From Nitrospirales bacterium (GTDB taxonomy: Bacteria; Nitrospirota; Nitrospiria; Nitrospirales; UBA8639): a DNA stretch of 64,000 bases. Position numbers and translations under genes: made by a program. The first letter of the stretch is position 1. Each line of letters opens with the position of its first letter. This document shows, piece after piece, positions 41,089 to 51,698 of the stretch. The DNA is taken from positions 384,001 to 448,000 of the forward strand of contig OY729426.1 of NCBI GenBank assembly GCA_963422365.1, written 5' to 3'. Under the pieces are notes generated by a model, which saw nothing but the letters and a program-made list of their open reading frames with translations, searched no databases and was not told where the DNA came from.

Positions 41089-42684
41089 TTACGGTAACAG
41101 CCCGGTGGTATTTTGCGTAACCATCGGAGCGACTTGGTTGATCCGGTCCAACATCGGCACGACCGTCGATCTCACGACGTGATAAAAATGCATGGGGAAG
41201 ATGCCAAAGAAGATGCTGCAGCCAATCATCATGAGAAGAGGAAGACGATCCACCCATTGCGACGTGTCACGGGCCTGCGCATATTCAGGCGACAGGTTCC
41301 CATAAAACAACCCGCGCATCATTTTAAAGAGATAGGCCAACGTCAACACGATCCCCAACACTGCCACCACCACCTGGAAGGGATATTTCTCCCACGAGCC
41401 GACAATAATCATGATTTCGGCAATAAAGTTCACCGTACCAGGCATACCGACCGATGCCATACAGGCGACAATAAACGCCCCGGCCAAGAACGGCATGTTC
41501 TTGACCAGTCCTCCCAGGGATGGAATATCGCGGGTATGGGTTTGGTCATACACCCAGCCTGCCATGGCGAAGAGCATGCCCGTGGCCAAGGCATGCGCAA
41601 ACATGTAAATCACCGCCCCGGTCAGGCTGATGTAATCCAAGGCGGCCATGCCCAAGAACACGTAGCCCATGTGACTGGAGCTGGAATAGCCGATGACGTA
41701 CTTCGTATCTTTGGCGAAATACGCGACAAACCCGCCATAGACAATGCTGAACACACACAACACCGCGGCGATGGGCATGAGCTCTCGTGTGGCTTCGGGA
41801 AGGATTTCATACGCCACGCGAATAATCGAGAAATGGCCAAGTTTCATCAGCACGCCGGCATGCAACATGCTAGTCGCGGCCGGGGCCGCGGCGTGGCCGA
41901 CGGGAGACCATGAATGCAGCGGCCAAATGGGCGCGATGGACGCAAAGCCGAAAAAGACCAAGACCCAAATAATCGTCGCCATCGTTCCATCAAAATGGGC
42001 CACTTCCCGCAGCACCAGAATATCGAACGTGTGGACGGGCGAGAAATGATAAATCAGCAGGATGCCCATCAACGCGAACACCGCCCCCGCCGAGAGGAAC
42101 AGCGTGAGCTTCATCGCGGCGTATTCTTTGCTGTTCGCCCCGAAGTTCAGAATGAACCCGACCGAATCCCTCAGCTTGCGTCCTTCGGAATCGGTCATGC
42201 CCAAATACCCTTTGGTATGACTCCCCCACACACCCAGCAACAAATACATGGGCAACACCGACATTTCATAAAAAAAGTAGAGGAAGAACAGATCCAGCGA
42301 CATGAAGACCCCGATAGTCGCCGCCGCCAGAATCAACAAGAAGATATAAAATTCTTTAGTGCGATCCTTGATGTGCCACGAAACAAAGATACCCGCAAAC
42401 AGCAGAATGGCCGACGCAAAGACCAAGGGAGCCCCGATGCCATCCACTCCAAGATGAAACGCAATGCCCAGTTCCTCGGACCACGCCCACTTGGTGATAA
42501 ATTGAAAACCGCCTTGGTTGGGATCATAGGCCAGGAAGACGTACAGAGAGGCAAGCAAGGCCATCCCGGCTGAGGCTGCAGCCACGGCACGCACCAGAAG
42601 CGGCTCACGATTGGGAATAAACAGCAACACGACCGCCCCCAGGAACGGCGCAAACAAGGTTGCTAGTAAAGCCCATTCCCCCAT
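41089..42684 (-). CDS. nuoM: NADH-quinone oxidoreductase subunit M (second copy)
   Basis: LGVDGI, FYEMSVLPMY, PLHSWSP, LMKLG, SHMGY. Confidence 0.92.
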   Translation of the reverse strand: MGEWALLATLFAPFLGAVVLLFIPNREPLLVRAVAAASAGMALLASLYVFLAYDPNQGGFQFITKWAWSEELGIAFHLGVDGIGAPLVFASAILLFAGIFVSWHIKDRTKEFYIFLLILAAATIGVFMSLDLFFLYFFYEMSVLPMYLLLGVWGSHTKGYLGMTDSEGRKLRDSVGFILNFGANSKEYAAMKLTLFLSAGAVFALMGILLIYHFSPVHTFDILVLREVAHFDGTMATIIWVLVFFGFASIAPIWPLHSWSPVGHAAAPAATSMLHAGVLMKLGHFSIIRVAYEILPEATRELMPIAAVLCVFSIVYGGFVAYFAKDTKYVIGYSSSSHMGYVFLGMAALDYISLTGAVIYMFAHALATGMLFAMAGWVYDQTHTRDIPSLGGLVKNMPFLAGAFIVACMASVGMPGTVNFIAEIMIIVGSWEKYPFQVVVAVLGIVLTLAYLFKMMRGLFYGNLSPEYAQARDTSQWVDRLPLLMMIGCSIFFGIFPMHFYHVVRSTVVPMLDRINQVAPMVTQNTTGLLP

Positions 42685-42687
42685 CGC

Positions 42688-44259
42688 TTAGTCCTTCCCT
42701 CCGGGTTCATGGGTTAAGGCATGAGACAGCAGCGTCCGATCTCGTTCAACACTCACGAGCGACCCTCGATCCAACCGATCCACCACGGCCTGCACCGATC
42801 CATTGACCATTCGCAAAAACGGTGAAGGGTAGAGCCCGATCCAGAAAATCATCACACACAGAGACACGGCGATTATCGATTCGCGTTGCGTCAGATCCTT
42901 GAGCACTTGAGGAACTTTCTCGCCAATGGGTCCGAACATCGCCCGCTCGTAATACCACAAGAAATAGATTGCCGCGAAGATCACCCCCGAGACGGCCACG
43001 ACACCATACACCCAATGAGCTTGAAAGGCGCCAAGCAGGATCAAAAATTCTCCGATAAATCCATTGGTTCCGGGCAATCCTATCGAAGCCATCCCGATGA
43101 TCAAGAAGAACGTGGCCAGGACGGGCATTTTTGCAGCAAGCCCCCCACAATTCTCGACAAGCGTATGGCCGAGCCGGTCATAGAGAAACCCTGCGAAGAA
43201 AAAGAGCCCTGCGGTGGTAAAACCCAAATTGATCATTTGCAGCAAGCTGCCTTGCAGGCCCTGGAAATTCAAGGCAAACAAGCCCAACACGACAAACCCC
43301 AAATGGCTGATACTGCTGAAGACGAGCAGGCGTCTGAAGTCAGGTTGCATGATGGCGATCAGCGCGCCCCAGACGATGGCGGCCAAGCCCAAGCCCATGA
43401 CAGTCGCCACCACGGTTGCATGTGTCGAGGCTTCCGGCAACAACGGGAAGGTAAACCGAAGGAACCCATACGTTCCCAACTTGACACCCGCCAACACCAC
43501 GGACATCCCGATCGGTCCTTGCACAAGCGCATCCGGCAACCACGTGTGGAAAGGAAAAACCGGCGCCTTAAAGGCCAATCCCATAAAGATGAGCCAAAAG
43601 ATGAGAATCTGATCCTCGACCGGAACGGGAACTTGCAACAAGGCTAAGAAGTCGAAGCTGTAGGTATTCGTGACCTCGTAGTAATTCAAACTTAACAGCG
43701 CGAAGCCGACCAACATGAACACACTGCCCAACAAGGTGTACAAAACATACTTCAGTGCAGCATATTCTTTTTCCTCGCCGACGCCCCACAGTTTAATCAT
43801 GAAATAGCTGGGCACGAGCATGAGTTCCCAGAACACAAAGAAGAGAATCAGGTCGATGGAAACAAAAATCCCCATAATCGTCGTTTCCAACACCAAGATA
43901 CTCATACAGTACGGTTTGATGTTTTCCTGAACGGCATCCCAGGAATAGAGCATGATCAGGACCGTGATGAAAGCCGAGAGGCCGACAAACAAGACGCTGA
44001 TGCCATCGACGGCAAGGTGATAGGAAATACCGAGAGCCGGCATCCAATTCAGTTGTTCGCTGAATTGCATGGCCGCAGATTCCGGTATGAACCGGAGCAA
44101 CAAGAACACGGCAAGGCCTAACTCGAGTATCGCGATTCCCAAGGCAGACTTCTTGATCAGATCGGCATCCCGTTGCGTCCACAACCAGAGGGCCCCGAGA
44201 AGCGGAAGCCAGAGCAGTATCGACAAAATCGGGAATCCAAATTGCAGTTCTTCAAGCAT
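42688..44259 (-). CDS. nuoM: NADH-quinone oxidoreductase subunit M (first copy)
   Basis: LAVDGIS, FWELMLVP, KAPVFPFHTWLPDA, SSISHLG. Confidence 0.93.
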   Translation of the reverse strand: MLEELQFGFPILSILLWLPLLGALWLWTQRDADLIKKSALGIAILELGLAVFLLLRFIPESAAMQFSEQLNWMPALGISYHLAVDGISVLFVGLSAFITVLIMLYSWDAVQENIKPYCMSILVLETTIMGIFVSIDLILFFVFWELMLVPSYFMIKLWGVGEEKEYAALKYVLYTLLGSVFMLVGFALLSLNYYEVTNTYSFDFLALLQVPVPVEDQILIFWLIFMGLAFKAPVFPFHTWLPDALVQGPIGMSVVLAGVKLGTYGFLRFTFPLLPEASTHATVVATVMGLGLAAIVWGALIAIMQPDFRRLLVFSSISHLGFVVLGLFALNFQGLQGSLLQMINLGFTTAGLFFFAGFLYDRLGHTLVENCGGLAAKMPVLATFFLIIGMASIGLPGTNGFIGEFLILLGAFQAHWVYGVVAVSGVIFAAIYFLWYYERAMFGPIGEKVPQVLKDLTQRESIIAVSLCVMIFWIGLYPSPFLRMVNGSVQAVVDRLDRGSLVSVERDRTLLSHALTHEPGGKD

Positions 44260-44275
44260 CGCCGATGACTCAACC

Positions 44276-46258
44276 CTACAAAAGAGATGTTCCGGTGAAC
44301 CACACGAAGAGAAAATGCGTGAGAAGAAAAAGACCGATAACAATCACGGCGGCATAATGATTGACTGCCCCGGTTTGCAATTTCCGCCATGACCGGGCCG
44401 CCAAATGATTGGCATACCCCATCACGTTGAGCCCCCCATAAATCACGTGTTTCTCGGCCCAGGTCACTCCTGCCGCGCTGATGTCCGTCCCATGACCGAT
44501 CCCCCTGATGAAGCGATCGATCATGTGTCGATCAATCCAATCCCATATTCGGCCAAGACGTTTACAGGGCTCGACAAAGATGGCATCGTACAGTTCATCT
44601 ACATAGTATTTATTCAAAATAATTCGATACGCTCCGGCATACCGTTTTGACCAATTCTCTGCCATCGTGGGGTTGATCGCGTACATATAGTGCGCCAGCC
44701 CCCACCCACCCAACGCGATACTGATGGCCACCACCATCAATCCGAATAAGGTCCCCATGCTGACGTCATGAGGCACCACGCCTACGGGCGTGGCCACGGA
44801 TTCCAAAAATCCCTGGAACCAGCCATGTTCCGGTGGCACGCCCAGAAACCCGCCCAGCACGGAGAGCCCCGCCAAGATCATTAACGGCCGGGTCATGACC
44901 TGTGGAGACTCATGAATATGACGTTCCACCTTCGGGTCAACCCGGGACTGCCCGTAAAACGTGAGATAAGTGAGACGGAACATATAAAAGGAAGTCAGAA
45001 ATGCCCCAATCGCCGCAAAGAGATACAGCACGTAATGGTGCTGGAGAAAGGCATGGGCCATGATTTCATCTTTACTCCAAAACCCTGCCAAAGGAGGAAT
45101 GCCGGCAATCGCCAAGGTGCCGATGAGAAACACGGTGTACGTGATAGGAATTTTTTTGGAGAGCCCTCCCATTTTTCGAATGTCCTGTTCCCCTTCAAGC
45201 GAATGGATCACCGCACCGGCGGAAAGGAAAAGGAGTGCTTTGAAAAAGGCGTGGGTCACAAGATGGAAAATAGCGGCACTATACGCCCCGACCCCACAGG
45301 CCAAAAACATGTAGCCCAGCTGACTGACGGTTGAATAGGCCAGCACCCGTTTAATGTCGTTTTGCACCAGTCCGATCGTTGCGGCCAATAGCGCGGTGAG
45401 GCCACCGATGATCCCCACCGTGGCCATGGACACGGGGGCCATATCGAATAACACGTGAGTGCGTACCACCATATACACCCCGGCCGTGACCATCGTCGCG
45501 GCATGGATCAACGCACTCACTGGCGTCGGGCCCTCCATGGCGTCTGGCAGCCACGTATACAACGGAATCTGGGCGGATTTCCCGATCGCGCCGACCAACA
45601 GACACAGCGTAATGGCAGTGACGGTTTCGATGGAGAGTTGGTTCGCACGTTCGAAGACTTTCAAGTAATCCAAGGTCTTGAAATTGACGAAGACGAAAAA
45701 GATCGCGAGCAGGAATCCGGCGTCGCCAATCCGGTTGACCACAAACGCCTTGGTGGCAGCCTTGGCCGCAGAGACCTTATTGAAGTAGTACCCGATCAAG
45801 AGATAGGAACAGAGGCCGACCCCTTCCCATCCGATGAAGAGCACCAAGAAATTGTTCCCCATGACGAGCAACAACATGGAGACCATGAACAAATTCATGT
45901 ACACGAAGAAGCGGGTAAATCCGTCTTCTCCATGCATATATCCGACGGAATAGACGTGAATCAGAAATCCAACCCCCGTCACGACCATCAACATCACGGC
46001 GGTCAGCGGATCAATCAGCAATCCGAAATTGACGTGCAGGTCGCCGCCGAAAATCCACGAATAGGCAATGACTTCACGGGGAGTGGGATCGGAAAGAACA
46101 CCTAGGAATACCGTGATGGCACAAAGAAAGGAGAGACCAACGGATCCGACCGCAATACGGCCGGCCAAGTCCGCGGCATACCGATGACCGAGCAGGCCAT
46201 TGACCAGCACCGCAATGAGAGGGAAAACCGGTACGAGAATCACGAGAAGATCGGACAC
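44276..46258 (-). CDS. nuoL: NADH-quinone oxidoreductase subunit L with extended lateral helix
   Basis: GWEGVG, GKSAQIPL, AMEGPTPVSALIHAATM, HAFFKA. Confidence 0.96.
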   Translation of the reverse strand: MSDLLVILVPVFPLIAVLVNGLLGHRYAADLAGRIAVGSVGLSFLCAITVFLGVLSDPTPREVIAYSWIFGGDLHVNFGLLIDPLTAVMLMVVTGVGFLIHVYSVGYMHGEDGFTRFFVYMNLFMVSMLLLVMGNNFLVLFIGWEGVGLCSYLLIGYYFNKVSAAKAATKAFVVNRIGDAGFLLAIFFVFVNFKTLDYLKVFERANQLSIETVTAITLCLLVGAIGKSAQIPLYTWLPDAMEGPTPVSALIHAATMVTAGVYMVVRTHVLFDMAPVSMATVGIIGGLTALLAATIGLVQNDIKRVLAYSTVSQLGYMFLACGVGAYSAAIFHLVTHAFFKALLFLSAGAVIHSLEGEQDIRKMGGLSKKIPITYTVFLIGTLAIAGIPPLAGFWSKDEIMAHAFLQHHYVLYLFAAIGAFLTSFYMFRLTYLTFYGQSRVDPKVERHIHESPQVMTRPLMILAGLSVLGGFLGVPPEHGWFQGFLESVATPVGVVPHDVSMGTLFGLMVVAISIALGGWGLAHYMYAINPTMAENWSKRYAGAYRIILNKYYVDELYDAIFVEPCKRLGRIWDWIDRHMIDRFIRGIGHGTDISAAGVTWAEKHVIYGGLNVMGYANHLAARSWRKLQTGAVNHYAAVIVIGLFLLTHFLFVWFTGTSLL

Positions 46259-46259
46259 G

Positions 46260-46562
46260 TTACCACTTCAACAGATTAATCTGGTCAACATTCGTTGCAA
46301 TTTTTCCACGGAACACCACGATAATAATCGCCAGGCCGACGGCGGCCTCACCGGCCGCAATGGCAATCACAAACAACGCGGCCAATTGGCCGGCCATCGA
46401 TGAGAGATAATGGGAGAATGCGACAAGATTGATGTTCGCCGCATTCAACATGATCTCGACCGACATCAAGACAATAATAAAATTCCGGCGAATCAGGACG
46501 CCCAGCAACCCCGTCATAAACAGGATGGAACTCAACGCCACATAGGCTGAAAGAGGAATCAT
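46260..46562 (-). CDS. nuoK: NADH-quinone oxidoreductase subunit K
   Basis: [22 protein letters not shown]. Confidence 0.95.
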   Translation of the reverse strand: MIPLSAYVALSSILFMTGLLGVLIRRNFIIVLMSVEIMLNAANINLVAFSHYLSSMAGQLAALFVIAIAAGEAAVGLAIIIVVFRGKIATNVDQINLLKW

Positions 46563-46572
46563 GATGATCCGC

Positions 46573-47103
46573 TTACGTTGGCTTATCGGCCCCGGGAGCC
46601 GGAGTAGACGGGGGTTTCGCCAAAACAATCGCCCCGATAATTGCGCCTAAGAGAAAGACCCCCACGATCTCGAATAACAACAGGTAGTCGCTAAACATGG
46701 TGATGCCCACGGCATGACTCGGTCCGGTCTGTAACACGACCGCCGGGGTCGCGGTCCCTTTGGCCCCGCCATAGGGGGTATGAAACACCAAAATGAGTAA
46801 TTCGCCAAGAATCGCGACGCCGGCGAACAGGAAAAAGGGATATTTCTTGTGCAGATACTGTTCTTCCGTTTTCAGGTTGAGCAGCATCAAGACAAAGAGA
46901 TAGAGCACAAGGATGGCCCCGGCATACACAATAATTTGCACGGCAAAGAGAAACTCGGCATTGAGTAGGATGAAGAGCCCTGCCACGTGCAGGAGGAAGG
47001 AGAGCAGGCTCAGGCCGCAATGGACAGGATTTTTCAAGGCAATCGTGAAAATCCCGGACAGGATACTCACGGTCGCAAAGTACCCAAACAATAAATAGAT
47101 CAT
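46573..47103 (-). CDS. nuoJ: NADH-quinone oxidoreductase subunit J
   Basis: [24 protein letters not shown]. Confidence 0.95.
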   Translation of the reverse strand: MIYLLFGYFATVSILSGIFTIALKNPVHCGLSLLSFLLHVAGLFILLNAEFLFAVQIIVYAGAILVLYLFVLMLLNLKTEEQYLHKKYPFFLFAGVAILGELLILVFHTPYGGAKGTATPAVVLQTGPSHAVGITMFSDYLLLFEIVGVFLLGAIIGAIVLAKPPSTPAPGADKPT

Positions 47104-47112
47104 CGTGAAAGA

Positions 47113-47688
47113 CTACGAGTCGGAGACCTTGGTTTTTCTTATAGGTTGCGGAAAATGATAGCGGTAGGCGCGACTCTCCTCATCATCTTGTTCCTGATTA
47201 TGGGCATAGAGATACTTTTTGGCGTCGGCTAGATGTTGCTCGCCTATTTCGTAAAGTCGCTTTTTGTCGAACAGGAGGGTTCGTTTATCATGAGTCGAAT
47301 ACTCATACATCTTCGTCATGGCCAACGCATTGACCGGACAGGCTTCGACGCAATACCCGCAAAACACGCATTTGGTAATATCAATATAAAACTCGGTCGC
47401 ATACCGTTGCAGCGGCAGAGCCTTATCTTCTTCACTGATGACTTTGATGCACCGAGACGGACAGGCCACCTCGCAGAGGTCGCACCCGACGCACCGTTCC
47501 TGTCCATTGTCGTACCGTAACAGGCCCAATGCTCCACGATGCGCATCAGGGATCGTTCGCTTTTCACGAGGATACTGGAAGGTCATCGGGTGATGAAACA
47601 TATGCTTGAACGTGACCTTCATCGCTTTCCAGATTTCTCGAAAGAAGACCGCGTCCAGGAATTTTTTCGTTTGAGTCGGCGTATCCAT
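47113..47688 (-). CDS. nuoI: NADH-quinone oxidoreductase subunit I
   Basis: Two CxxCxxCxxxCP ferredoxin motifs; TFQYP. Confidence 0.95.
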   Translation of the reverse strand: MDTPTQTKKFLDAVFFREIWKAMKVTFKHMFHHPMTFQYPREKRTIPDAHRGALGLLRYDNGQERCVGCDLCEVACPSRCIKVISEEDKALPLQRYATEFYIDITKCVFCGYCVEACPVNALAMTKMYEYSTHDKRTLLFDKKRLYEIGEQHLADAKKYLYAHNQEQDDEESRAYRYHFPQPIRKTKVSDS

Positions 47689-47703
47689 AGAAAAGAGACT
47701 TTC

Positions 47704-50396
47704 CTAAACTTTTTCGATCGTCACCCGCGTCAATTTGAAATAGGGCACGCGCGTCACGGGATCCACGGCAACCCGGACTAAATCTTTGACCGGAGGATCA
47801 GTGAAATGTTCAGGAAATGCACAGGTTCCCGGCAACACACTGCCATCAGCTTGCACCCCTAACTCCAGGCTTCCTTGATCCGAGGTCACGCGCACACGTC
47901 CGCCTTCAGCAACCCCCAAGCGTTCCCATTCTTCCAGGGACATCCGTAACGCTTTGGTATTCGGCGAAATCTCCATCAACCCGGAAGCTTTCGTAGACAG
48001 TTTCCCTGAATGATAGATGAGTTGAATCAATTTCAGCCCATAGGGACGACCAGACCCTTGAGCCTTGCCATTGACGGCATACCGGGCACCGACCGAATCC
48101 TGATAGCCGTTCCGAAGATACGCAGCAGGATCGGCAACGACAGGTTGAGGTTGGCCGAGATTATAGTAGCCGGGGAGCAGCTTTCGAATTTCTGCTTGAA
48201 TATCTTGCGTCGTTTCATAAGGAAGCGAATGCCCCATGCTGTTGGCAAGGCCCACCACGATATGCCAATCCAACGCACTCTCGCCCAACGGGTCCAACGC
48301 CGGCCTGACAAATTGAACCATCCCCTCCTGATTGGTGACGGTGCCGTCCTTTTCCGCAAACGTACACGCCGGGAACACCACGTGCGCACGTTGCGCCGTC
48401 TCCGTCAGAAAGGGATCCTGACAGATCAACAATTCCAATTGGCTCAATGCCTCCTCCACGCCGAATGATTTCGGCAGCGTGGCCAACGGATTTTCTCCTA
48501 CCACGTAGAGGGCTTTAATTGTTCCGGCACGACAGCCCTCTAAAATTTCGATAAGGGATTTGCCGGGTTGTGCACTCGGCAACATCGTGTCCCACGCCGC
48601 AGAAAATTTTTGGTGCGCCGCGGCATGATCATAGGCCACCGGTCCCGGAAGGAATTCCGGCGCGACCCCCATATCCACGGCTCCCTGTTCATTCCCCTCT
48701 TCGGCGAACGTGTTTATCCCACACCCGGGCTTATGCAATTTTCCCGTCACCCAAGCCAGATCGATCAGCGATAACAGATTGTCATAGCCATTGGGCTGGC
48801 GCACGATCCCTTCTCCACACACAATGACGGAGTGCGAGGCTTCCGCAAACACTTTGACGATCTCATGAATCGTCTCGATTGAGACCCCCGTTTCCTCAGC
48901 CACGGTGTCAAGAGAAACCGCATGAGCGGCAGCTTTCAGGGCCGCCAATGCTTCAGGATTTTGAACGGTGACATCAGGAACAATGAGATCTTGCTCCAAG
49001 ACCGATTTGACCAATCCCTTGATGAGCGTTCCCTCCGTACCCGGGTTGACCATCGTCGGATGCGACGCCAACTTGGCCAGATTGGTTTGCATGGAATCCA
49101 CCACAATGACCGACGCTTGATAGGTCCCCAGCGCGGCTTTCACTCGCAGACTGGCCACGGATTCGTTTCCGTCACGTTGGCCCCCACCACCAAGATGGCC
49201 TTGGCGTTTGTGAGATCCGCCGAGGTATTCATCATACGAGTGACCCCGAGGGCATGATGAACGGCCCGCACAAAATTCATATGACCATACCGTGCACTAC
49301 TGTCGACATGATTCGTCCCGAGCACGGCCCGCATGAATTTTTGGAAAACATAGAGTTCTTCATTCGTGCATCGTGCGGTCATGACACCCGCAATAGCATC
49401 AGACCCATATTGACCTTTGATTTGCGTCAGCCGGTCGGCGGCCGTATCTAACGCTTCAATCCACGGGGAAGGGACCAGTCCCGTCTCTTTTCGAATGAGC
49501 GGCTTCTTCAGTCGATCTTGACTATCAATGAATTGGAAACCGAACCGCCCCCGCACGCAGATCCCTGCATGACCGTTGATCGTATCCCCTCGATCGCCCC
49601 ATTTATTTTTCCAGGATAAGGGAGAGGTCACCCGCACGACTTCCGTATCCTTGGTTTCCACGTACAGTTGACAGCCATCACCACAGTAATTGCAGGTAGT
49701 CGTGGTTTTTCGGAGTTGCCAGGGTTTATACACGTATTTTGAAAATTTATTGGTAATCGCTCCCACGGGACAGACAGCGAGGCAATCACCGCAAAATTCA
49801 CAATCCAAGGCGTGATCACCCTTCGCCACCACTTGTGTAAACCCGCCCTTCTTCATGAACTGCAAGGCGTCAATGCGCTGAACGTCTTTGCAAATATTGA
49901 TGCATTCCCCGCACGCAATACAGCGATTCATATTGAAGTCGAGCACCAAACTGCGCGTATCTTCAGGAATATTTTTCTGTTTGGCGTTGGCCAGATCGGT
50001 GACCTGATGCTCGAATGCCATGTCTTGCAGTTCGCAATGCCCATCGGCGTCGCAGACCGGACAATCCAGCGGATGCACGGACAGATGTTTTTCAACGGCT
50101 TTCTTCCGAGCCGCAAACAGATCGTCCCCATCCGTACGAATCACCATCCCTTTGGTTGCTTTGGCGGTGCAAGAACGCACCGGCGACTTCTTGCCTTCTT
50201 GCAGCACCAAACACATGCCGCAAGAGCCAAAGGGATCAAAGGTATAGTGATAACACATAGCCGGGACAATTTTGCCCATACTGGAAATCACGTCATACAG
50301 CGAAACTCCTTCTTTCGCGGTGACGGTTTCACCGTCAATGCTCAGCTCAATCGTCGCGGCTTCAGTACCGGGTGTCGTGACTGGTTTGAGTGCCAT
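47704..50396 (-). CDS. nuoG: NuoG/FdhA-like Fe-S subunit, split by a 1-nt frameshift (possible sequencing error)
   Basis: [2Fe-2S] CGMC, HPLDCPVC, two ferredoxin motifs, CNYCGDGC; ..ETNP|VASLRVK.. needs one extra base near 49160. Confidence 0.85.
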
Positions 50397-50636
50397 CTCT
50401 CTCTCCTACCCCTGTGCTTTAGGAACCCGTTATGTTTTCTCACTCCTGACCCACCTTTTAAGAAAGTCATGCCCGCCGTGGAACCGTGATCCTGTTGCGC
50501 TACGTGGCCTGAAAGCGCCATTGATTGCTACTCATAGCGGGTTTTTGGTTGGGTGGCCCAGTCGCGGATATCACAACCCTTTTGCTCTGCCAACTTTCTC
50601 AGTCTCAGGTACGTTGAAGCCTGAAATTCACTCAAT

Positions 50637-51656
50637 TCATTCTTGGCTTTGGCAAGAGCTCTTTGACGCAGACGCCTGAAATTCACTCAGTTCCTTCTGT
50701 GCTTTGGCCAGAGCTTTCTTCGCTTTTTCCCTTCGAATGTAGTAACGGCCCAGTAGCCTATTATTCTCGAACCCTCCCTGCTGACTCAGTTCTTCAATCC
50801 TCTTATTCAGCACAGGAATATCATGAGTGACATCCCCGATGATCGTTTCCCGTCGAGACTTCCAACTTTGAAGAATATTCTCACATGTCGGCATAATAAA
50901 TCCTTCATCCTGTGGACTATTGCCACCAGTTATCTCGATTCCCTTCCTTGCTTCCTCTCCTATTAACGATGGATCTTTTTCTTTCGCTTTATTTTTTGCA
51001 GATCCAGTCATTTTACGACTTTCGGCAACTAGTCTATTAATTAATGATCTTTTTTCTACTGCTCTTCTATTCGCCTGAATCACAGCTAAGGCTTCTAGAA
51101 GTGCCTCCTTTTTTACAGCATAATCACGGTCAACATGCCTTGGGTCAATACCCTCTTGTCTGGCATAATTCTCAACACGCTTCAGGTCCCTATCCAGATT
51201 TAATAACTCTTGATATCTTTCGTTAAGTACGCTACTTTCAAAGACCTTACTTCCTCCAGGAGTATCAACAGTTACCGTTCTATACAGTGGTACCTCACCA
51301 CTAAATATATCTCCATACGCCCTCTTTAAAGCATTAAAATAATCATCTTTAGTGCGAGTAGGAGGCTTAAATTCACCATGTGTACCATCATAATAACCGC
51401 CACTACTGTATCTAGGATCTTCTACCCACTTAACAGGCAAACTTTTAATCTTATCCTGCTGATTATTATAAGCATTCAACTTCCCAAAATAATTCCTCAT
51501 GTTTTTATTCCCACCACCGAAATTATCTCCAATCGCACCAAAGATTGCCTCTACCATTCCTGGTTTTTGTCGCATCATGTTGACGGGATTCGGGTCCCGC
51601 GTATGAACACAGGCGGACAACCCCAGACCTAGCACCAGCACAAAAATGCCTCGCAC
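50637..51656 (-). CDS. AT-rich putative lipoprotein inside the nuo operon
   Basis: Lipobox-like GLSAC after a hydrophobic stretch; AAGGAG RBS; body visibly more AT-rich than nuo genes; alternative start at 51680. Confidence 0.7.
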   Translation of the reverse strand: MRGIFVLVLGLGLSACVHTRDPNPVNMMRQKPGMVEAIFGAIGDNFGGGNKNMRNYFGKLNAYNNQQDKIKSLPVKWVEDPRYSSGGYYDGTHGEFKPPTRTKDDYFNALKRAYGDIFSGEVPLYRTVTVDTPGGSKVFESSVLNERYQELLNLDRDLKRVENYARQEGIDPRHVDRDYAVKKEALLEALAVIQANRRAVEKRSLINRLVAESRKMTGSAKNKAKEKDPSLIGEEARKGIEITGGNSPQDEGFIMPTCENILQSWKSRRETIIGDVTHDIPVLNKRIEELSQQGGFENNRLLGRYYIRREKAKKALAKAQKELSEFQASASKSSCQSQE

Positions 51657-51698
51657 AAAACAATCTCCTTTGGTTCGCACAAAATCTCCTTTGTGTCG

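Noticed and set aside
41113..46105. Long plus-strand ORFs (200-270 aa) opposite nuoM/nuoL
   Set aside because: Antisense shadows of hydrophobic GC-rich genes with no motifs
49140..49175. Programmed frameshift or selenocysteine readthrough in nuoG
   Set aside because: No slippery heptamer; the TGA falls after the frame is already lost, not at a Cys position
47704..50396. Formate dehydrogenase alpha subunit
   Set aside because: Catalytic Cys/Sec absent and the gene occupies the nuoG position
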